A stretch of 64,000 nucleotides of DNA from a virus. Every line of letters begins with the position of its first letter. Position 1 is the stretch's first letter. The DNA lies in the IMG/VR virus record IMGVR_UViG_3300027668_002455, positions 1-64,000 of that record. One strand, written 5' to 3'. This document shows, in pieces, positions 58,613 to 64,000 of the stretch. The position numbers were made by a program, and so were the translations under genes. The notes under the pieces are model-generated. The model was not told the origin of the DNA, made no database searches, and saw nothing but the letters and a program-made list of their open reading frames with translations.

Positions 58613-59760
58613 GTTCCAAGGAAAATCCTAGCATACGAAGAGTATTAACAGGGGCAGATGGCAAAAGAGAGGTAGAAAAAACCTTAAATCAAGAGAAAAA
58701 TCTTGAAGGAAAATTCTGTAGCCGCCCTTTTGATTTTCTTGAGGCCCAAGACTTGGGCGATGGCAGGGTATTTGTTTGTTGTCCTACATGGCTAAATGTC
58801 CCTGTTGGAAAACTTTCCCACCAGTCAGTACAAGAAGCATTTAATTCAGAAACCAATCAAGAGATAAGAAAAAGTATTTTTGATGGGAGCTTTAAGTATT
58901 GTAATCATAAGTTGTGTCCCATGATCCAAAATGAATCCCTCCCATTGGCCAGTGAGGTAACTGATCCGCACCTTAAAGCTATTATAGAAAAGAAACAAAT
59001 TACAAACCTTACCCCCACAGAATACAATCTATGCTATGATCAATCCTGTAATCTGTCGTGTCCAAGCTGTCGCGCTACCAAGATATATATCACAGAGGGC
59101 CCTGCATACGAGCGCAAAAATATAATCCAACAAAAAATCATTAATGAAGTTTTTGGCGAGGCCCACACAAGGTATTGTAAAGTAAACATTACAGGGTCTG
59201 GTGACCCCTTTGGTTCAAAAATCTTCCGAGAATTACTTTTTAGTATCGACGGATCAAAATATCCCAATGTCCACATTTCCCTACAAACAAATGGGGTCAT
59301 GTTTACAGAAAAGTATTGGGAAAAAATGAAAAAAATACAAAAAAATATAAAATGCGTAATTGTATCACTGGACGCATCTACAGAGTCTACTTACAACGTA
59401 GTGCGACGTGGAGGCAATTGGAGCGCCCTTTTAAACAATTTAGAATTCATTTCCAGCCTAAAAGAACAAGGGACAATCCCCTACCTTAGGTTGGACTTTG
59501 TAGTTCAGCGAGAAAACTACAAAGAGATGGCTGGTTTTGTAAAAATAGCCAAGAAATTTAAAGCCACCAAATGTTATTTTTCCCTAGTAAGCGACTGGGG
59601 AACATGGCCCGTTGAGGAGTATAAAAAAAATGCAATCTGGAAAAAAGATCATCCTGAGTTTAGTGAATTTACAAAGGAAATGAGCAACCCGATATTCGAT
59701 GAGCCAATTGTGGACTTAGGAAACCTAACAGAGTACCGGAGGCAGGCATGCTATGAATAA
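58609..59760 (+). CDS. Radical SAM protein with N-terminal SPASM/twitch-like domain
   Basis: CNLSCPSC, G.GDPF and TNG motifs; N-terminal C..PF...CC. Confidence 0.85.
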   Translation: MSSKENPSIRRVLTGADGKREVEKTLNQEKNLEGKFCSRPFDFLEAQDLGDGRVFVCCPTWLNVPVGKLSHQSVQEAFNSETNQEIRKSIFDGSFKYCNHKLCPMIQNESLPLASEVTDPHLKAIIEKKQITNLTPTEYNLCYDQSCNLSCPSCRATKIYITEGPAYERKNIIQQKIINEVFGEAHTRYCKVNITGSGDPFGSKIFRELLFSIDGSKYPNVHISLQTNGVMFTEKYWEKMKKIQKNIKCVIVSLDASTESTYNVVRRGGNWSALLNNLEFISSLKEQGTIPYLRLDFVVQRENYKEMAGFVKIAKKFKATKCYFSLVSDWGTWPVEEYKKNAIWKKDHPEFSEFTKEMSNPIFDEPIVDLGNLTEYRRQACYE

Positions 59761-60589
59761 TATAAATACTTTTTTTGATAAAATTTTTGTCATGAGCCCG
59801 GCCCACAACACAGAGCGCAGGGAATACATAAACAGGCACTTTTATGAAAGGGGAATTACGAATTGGGAATTCCATGACGCCATAGATTACAAGATTCTTA
59901 CCCCCGAAGCTAGAACTTTTCTAGTAAAATCAGAGCTCCTAAGCGACGAGGGACGACCTTGGCTTCCCCTGAATGATACTCAGGTGGTAGCATGTTTGTC
60001 TTTTATGAAAATGCTACTTAAAACTAAGTACTGTAAGTATAATAAAATATTGCATGTAGAAGATGATATTTATTTTTATGATGATTACGAAACCCTATTT
60101 GACACAGCTGTGTCTAATTTACCGGACGACTGGGACGCAGTTCATTTCTACAGTCATGTTCCTGTAGGTTCTCAGAAATTTAACGACAGCTATAGAGAAA
60201 AAATAAACAGTGAGATTTACAAGGGGTTTTCTGAAGGTAGCGGGGCAGCTTGCATCGGCTATAATAAACGGGCAATAGATTTAATGTTTACTAGGGTATT
60301 CCCGATTGATAGTGGCATTGACGGGATAGCAAATACGGTTAGTGGAAATTGGTATGAGGGGCATGAAGACTATATAGCCTATATTTGCAAAAATTTTATA
60401 TGCAGGACCAATTCTAATTTACCCAACAGTCATTCTGGTGCCACAAAAAACAAAAAGGACACACGAAAAGCACAAGATGAACACCTCGTCCCCCCGCACA
60501 TGACTACCGATGAAGAAAAAGAAGCCCTTCGACTAGAATCCCGAGACCACTCTTGGAAAAAAGACTACCCGAAAAGGCCAGTGGAATGA
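59753..60589 (+). CDS. Glycosyltransferase family 25-like
   Basis: ERR, AC.LS, EDD and LP.DWD motifs. Confidence 0.75.
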   Translation: MNNINTFFDKIFVMSPAHNTERREYINRHFYERGITNWEFHDAIDYKILTPEARTFLVKSELLSDEGRPWLPLNDTQVVACLSFMKMLLKTKYCKYNKILHVEDDIYFYDDYETLFDTAVSNLPDDWDAVHFYSHVPVGSQKFNDSYREKINSEIYKGFSEGSGAACIGYNKRAIDLMFTRVFPIDSGIDGIANTVSGNWYEGHEDYIAYICKNFICRTNSNLPNSHSGATKNKKDTRKAQDEHLVPPHMTTDEEKEALRLESRDHSWKKDYPKRPVE

Positions 60590-61584
60590 TTCTTATAAGA
60601 AGGCCATCCACATCCGAAGGGAATGTCGGAGACTTGGCATTGCAAAAAGTTATTCGAGAAGAATTAAGCAACGCAAATATAGATTATGACATGCCAGATA
60701 CGAATAAAATATGTGATAAAAATATAAATGATTATAAATATCTTGTTTATTTTGGGTGTGACTGCATTGCATATTGGAGCATAAGCAAAGACATAATTGA
60801 AAAATTTCTTTTAGCTAAAAAAGATGTTTACATTATCAACATGAGTTATGGTAATAATGTCGGAAATAATTTTATTGATACAATAGTTGGCCACAAAAAT
60901 CTGCATTTATTCATACGTGACCAATGCTCCCTAGACCTTCTGAGGGCAAAGTTTAGTTTTTATAATCCACCAATACTGGTTGCTGACTTAGCTCATCTAT
61001 GTAAGGAAAATGAGGAAAGCAAAGATGAGGAGCTAGAAAGATGGATGGAGTTATCAAATAAAAAAATAGTGGGAATAAATATCCACAAAGACTTCGGGAG
61101 ATATAATGGACAGGTATTTGATAGCATTAAAAATTTTATTTTATGCAAAAAACACGAATATAGATTTTTATTAATACCACATGACCGACGAAAACAAGAG
61201 AAGGAATTACTAAAAGAACTGGTAAAAAAAATGAGCGGCGTGGACACTTACTTAAGTCACCATATGGACCCGGAATATGAAAAGAAGATAACCAAACAAC
61301 TTTATTTTGCAATTACCGGGAGAATGCATTTGTCAATCTTAACCATTCCCAATGGGGTTCCATGCATAGTTATAGAGTATAAGGGGACTAAGTCCTTGGG
61401 GACACTAAGTCATTGGGGGATATCTGATTTGGCTATAGACCCCAAGAACATTGACAGGTTGCCTGAAATAATTAAAAAGCTAGAGTCTAATTATGGGGAT
61501 TATGTTAGGACCATAAATCAAAACCACAAAAAGGTCATGTCTCTATCAAAGAAACAGCTAACTAAAATTATAAATATCTATTGA
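60586..61584 (+). CDS. Polysaccharide pyruvyl transferase family protein
   Basis: N.GD.A, RD..S, DLA and RMH..I....GVP motifs. Confidence 0.8.
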   Translation: MILIRRPSTSEGNVGDLALQKVIREELSNANIDYDMPDTNKICDKNINDYKYLVYFGCDCIAYWSISKDIIEKFLLAKKDVYIINMSYGNNVGNNFIDTIVGHKNLHLFIRDQCSLDLLRAKFSFYNPPILVADLAHLCKENEESKDEELERWMELSNKKIVGINIHKDFGRYNGQVFDSIKNFILCKKHEYRFLLIPHDRRKQEKELLKELVKKMSGVDTYLSHHMDPEYEKKITKQLYFAITGRMHLSILTIPNGVPCIVIEYKGTKSLGTLSHWGISDLAIDPKNIDRLPEIIKKLESNYGDYVRTINQNHKKVMSLSKKQLTKIINIY

Positions 61585-62444
61585 AAATTTACATACACAA
61601 CAGTAAGGGATTTCACTACGAAGTGATAGAGTCGGTTATTTGTAAGTATGACCAGATAGTAGGTGTCCATAAGAGCGAGGAGGACGAGGTGGTTTTAGGG
61701 CTACAGGGGCCCAAGAATAGCAAGGATTTTTCTGAATATATTATAAATAAATATCCTCATATAAAATTTTTAGGTTATACCACCGACCACAGTTTTTTTC
61801 CTTTCTGTAATGATGCAGATTATTATATTGAGTGCAGTATGTACGGCTGTTCCTTTTTAGAAGAATATGCGGATGAAAATAAATATTTTTATATAAACCA
61901 CGCAGTTAATAAAAGGCTTAAAGATTCTAAAAATGTTTTTTACTTAACCCCTCTGGGCGGAGAGCGTTATATTTACGCTGATATTTTGCCTTGGTCTGAC
62001 TCCATGAAGATGAGTGATACCCCAACCTACATAATCCAAGGGGCGTACACCCGACGAAACTGGGGGTTAATAAAGCAGGTTTTAGATTGTGAGGAATTAA
62101 AAAACTTACCATTCAAAATAAAAGTGGTAGGACACGGAGTAGGGGCCCTGCCATTTACTGACAGAAGGTTGATTATTAAGAGCGGGCTTCCCTTTAGGGA
62201 GTATCACAAACAATTTCTAGACTGTTATTGCATAATGCCCCTAATTACAAAGAAAGAAAAACCTGAGTATTACACAAATAAGTTAACATCTTCAATTAGT
62301 TATGCCCGCGCTTATAATTTAAAAACGCTGCTGGATGAAGATCTACAAAATATATATAATTTAAAAAACGCTGAAGTCTATGATCATCCCGATCATTTCG
62401 TGGAAGCTTTTCATAAAACATTGAAAGATTTTAATAATGATTAA
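61581..62444 (+). CDS. Hypothetical protein, possible glycosyltransferase
   Basis: FHYE, QG...RRN and Y..KL.SS motifs; glycan gene context. Confidence 0.55.
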   Translation: MKIYIHNSKGFHYEVIESVICKYDQIVGVHKSEEDEVVLGLQGPKNSKDFSEYIINKYPHIKFLGYTTDHSFFPFCNDADYYIECSMYGCSFLEEYADENKYFYINHAVNKRLKDSKNVFYLTPLGGERYIYADILPWSDSMKMSDTPTYIIQGAYTRRNWGLIKQVLDCEELKNLPFKIKVVGHGVGALPFTDRRLIIKSGLPFREYHKQFLDCYCIMPLITKKEKPEYYTNKLTSSISYARAYNLKTLLDEDLQNIYNLKNAEVYDHPDHFVEAFHKTLKDFNND

Positions 62445-63351
62445 CTTTAGTTATATAGCAGATAAAATTAGGACCGCAGAGTTTATCTCCGATCCTTTTC
62501 CTCATCTTGAAATTAATGATTTTTTATCTGATGAGCATTTGGATATTTTATTAACTGATAAGCAGGTTCATTTTCATCGAGAACTTATAGATGATGATGA
62601 TTTGTACCGTGCACTACTAGACAACAAATACAAAATTCAAAAATTTCCGGGATGTATGTCTAATTGGGAGATGTATAAAAAGATGATATTAAATAAGGAT
62701 AAGTTTGAGGGCTGGCAGAAACACTGTGTCTTACCATCGTATAATGTTTTGGAGTCGGCTGGGATTACATTTAGATTAACACATCGGAGCGTTAGAAATC
62801 CTGCTGTGAGAAGCTTGGTCAGATACATGAATGAAGCTGAATTTCATAATGTCTTGAAAAATAAATTTGAGGTTACTAAAGAAACAAAAGTTATATCTGC
62901 TATACAAAAGAATTTAACTGGTTATGAGATAACGCCACACCCAGATATTAGACAAAAATGTTTAACCTACCTACTGAACATCAACAGGGACGATAGCATC
63001 GAGAATGAAGATGTTCATACGCATTTATTGAAATTTAAAGACGCCTACAAGAATGTTGAGAGATACTGGGATGAGACCGACTATCAACGAGGGTGGGTCC
63101 CTTGGGATTATTGCAATACTGTTAAGAAAATAGCCAAGAATAATACCGCGATTATTTTTGCTCCAGCTTCAAGCCCTCCCACATTGCACGCAGTAAAATT
63201 GGATTATGATCATAAAAAGTTTCAGAGGACTCAGATATATGGTAATTTAAATTACACCGCTCCCCCTAAATACCCTAATCCGCCTATAGATTGGGCGGAT
63301 CGCCTGAGGGGAGGACAATTAAACTTGGGGGGTTTAGGACTACAGAAATGA
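62437..63351 (+). CDS. 2OG-Fe(II) oxygenase
   Basis: PFPH..I.DF, HPD...K, HAV and R motifs. Confidence 0.75.
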   Translation: MINFSYIADKIRTAEFISDPFPHLEINDFLSDEHLDILLTDKQVHFHRELIDDDDLYRALLDNKYKIQKFPGCMSNWEMYKKMILNKDKFEGWQKHCVLPSYNVLESAGITFRLTHRSVRNPAVRSLVRYMNEAEFHNVLKNKFEVTKETKVISAIQKNLTGYEITPHPDIRQKCLTYLLNINRDDSIENEDVHTHLLKFKDAYKNVERYWDETDYQRGWVPWDYCNTVKKIAKNNTAIIFAPASSPPTLHAVKLDYDHKKFQRTQIYGNLNYTAPPKYPNPPIDWADRLRGGQLNLGGLGLQK

Positions 63352-64000
63352 AGATCGCTGTTTGTATATTTGGTCAGCCTAGGTTTTATAAAGAATCTGG
63401 GGAATCTTTTCGAAAAGAATATTTCGATCTTCCCGGTCATGAAGTTGATATTTTTATGCATTGCTGGGATGAAATCGGATATACCCCCAAAGACGACATA
63501 AATAATTCTAACAAAAAACATAATTCCGAAAAATTGAAAGATGAGCTCTTTAATTTATACCAGCCAAAGGGGATGTTAGTTGAATCTCCCGAAGGAAGCT
63601 TTAGCGAGACGGCAAGGTCTCTCGCAAAAACTATCTTTACGGTAAGGGATAGTAAATTGTATGAGGATAAGGATTGGAGAAAGTGCCTAGGGAAGAAACG
63701 CGTTAAGACATTCTCATCAGGCGACGATGCTAAAACGTCCATTAGGATAGCTAATGAAAAGATATTGTATTATGAGATGGGTCAATTTTACAGCCTTGAC
63801 CAAGCCATGAATCTAAAAGCTTGGTATGAAAAAGAAAATAATTTTAAATATGATTTAGTAATCAGAGTAAGGACTGATGCCTTTTTTCGCCCCGTGGAAA
63901 TTTATCCTAGCGAAGAAGAGTACTACTTGGAAAAGGAGAACTATTATACAAAGCTACACAAAAATTGTGAGGGTAAGGGGGTCATGTGTCACGGGCTCCA
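63348..64000 (+). CDS. Partial ORF, probable glycosyltransferase-like
   Basis: Manual read MKIAVCIFGQPR...DIFMHCW...YDLVIRVRTD; runs off the window. Confidence 0.65.
   Translation, partial: MKIAVCIFGQPRFYKESGESFRKEYFDLPGHEVDIFMHCWDEIGYTPKDDINNSNKKHNSEKLKDELFNLYQPKGMLVESPEGSFSETARSLAKTIFTVRDSKLYEDKDWRKCLGKKRVKTFSSGDDAKTSIRIANEKILYYEMGQFYSLDQAMNLKAWYEKENNFKYDLVIRVRTDAFFRPVEIYPSEEEYYLEKENYYTKLHKNCEGKGVMCHGL

Noticed and set aside
25599-64000. Bacterial chromosomal origin of the metabolic region
   Set aside because: The metabolic genes are interleaved with phage-type micro-ORFs, HNH genes, dNMP kinase and dCMP deaminase, share the same promoter style, and no housekeeping operons are present.

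Overview
This is a 64 kb segment of a large dsDNA (jumbo-type) bacteriophage genome, judged from rIIA/rIIB, an ATP-dependent ligase, dUTPase, dCMP deaminase, dNMP kinase, two sigma factors, bS21, a tRNA-Leu and many short ORFs. No virion structural genes are recognisable. Genes lie on the minus strand up to ~56.9 kb and on the plus strand after a divergent promoter. (1) 1-8.8 kb is an early-type region split into promoter-genes-terminator modules. The modules are separated by five copies of a ~90 bp palindromic element with core GATAGTACGT-GT-ACGTACTATC and TTGACA-like ends at a fixed ~33 bp offset. This region also has a tandem array of the same core at the window start, CTTATTT clusters, an inverted DnaA-box pair, a transcription unit with two tRNA-like structured RNAs and an unannotated ArfA-like ORF. 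(2) 8.8-25 kb holds DNA metabolism genes and an array of micro-genes joined by a conserved junction. (3) 25-64 kb is a very large auxiliary-metabolism region: sulfated/methylated glycan synthesis, amino-acid oxidation enzymes, an ExbB/ExbD-like pair, GMP reductase and a ClpP-like protease. It also contains a third candidate ncRNA related to one in the early region. Product calls come from motifs recognised by eye; no database searches were run.
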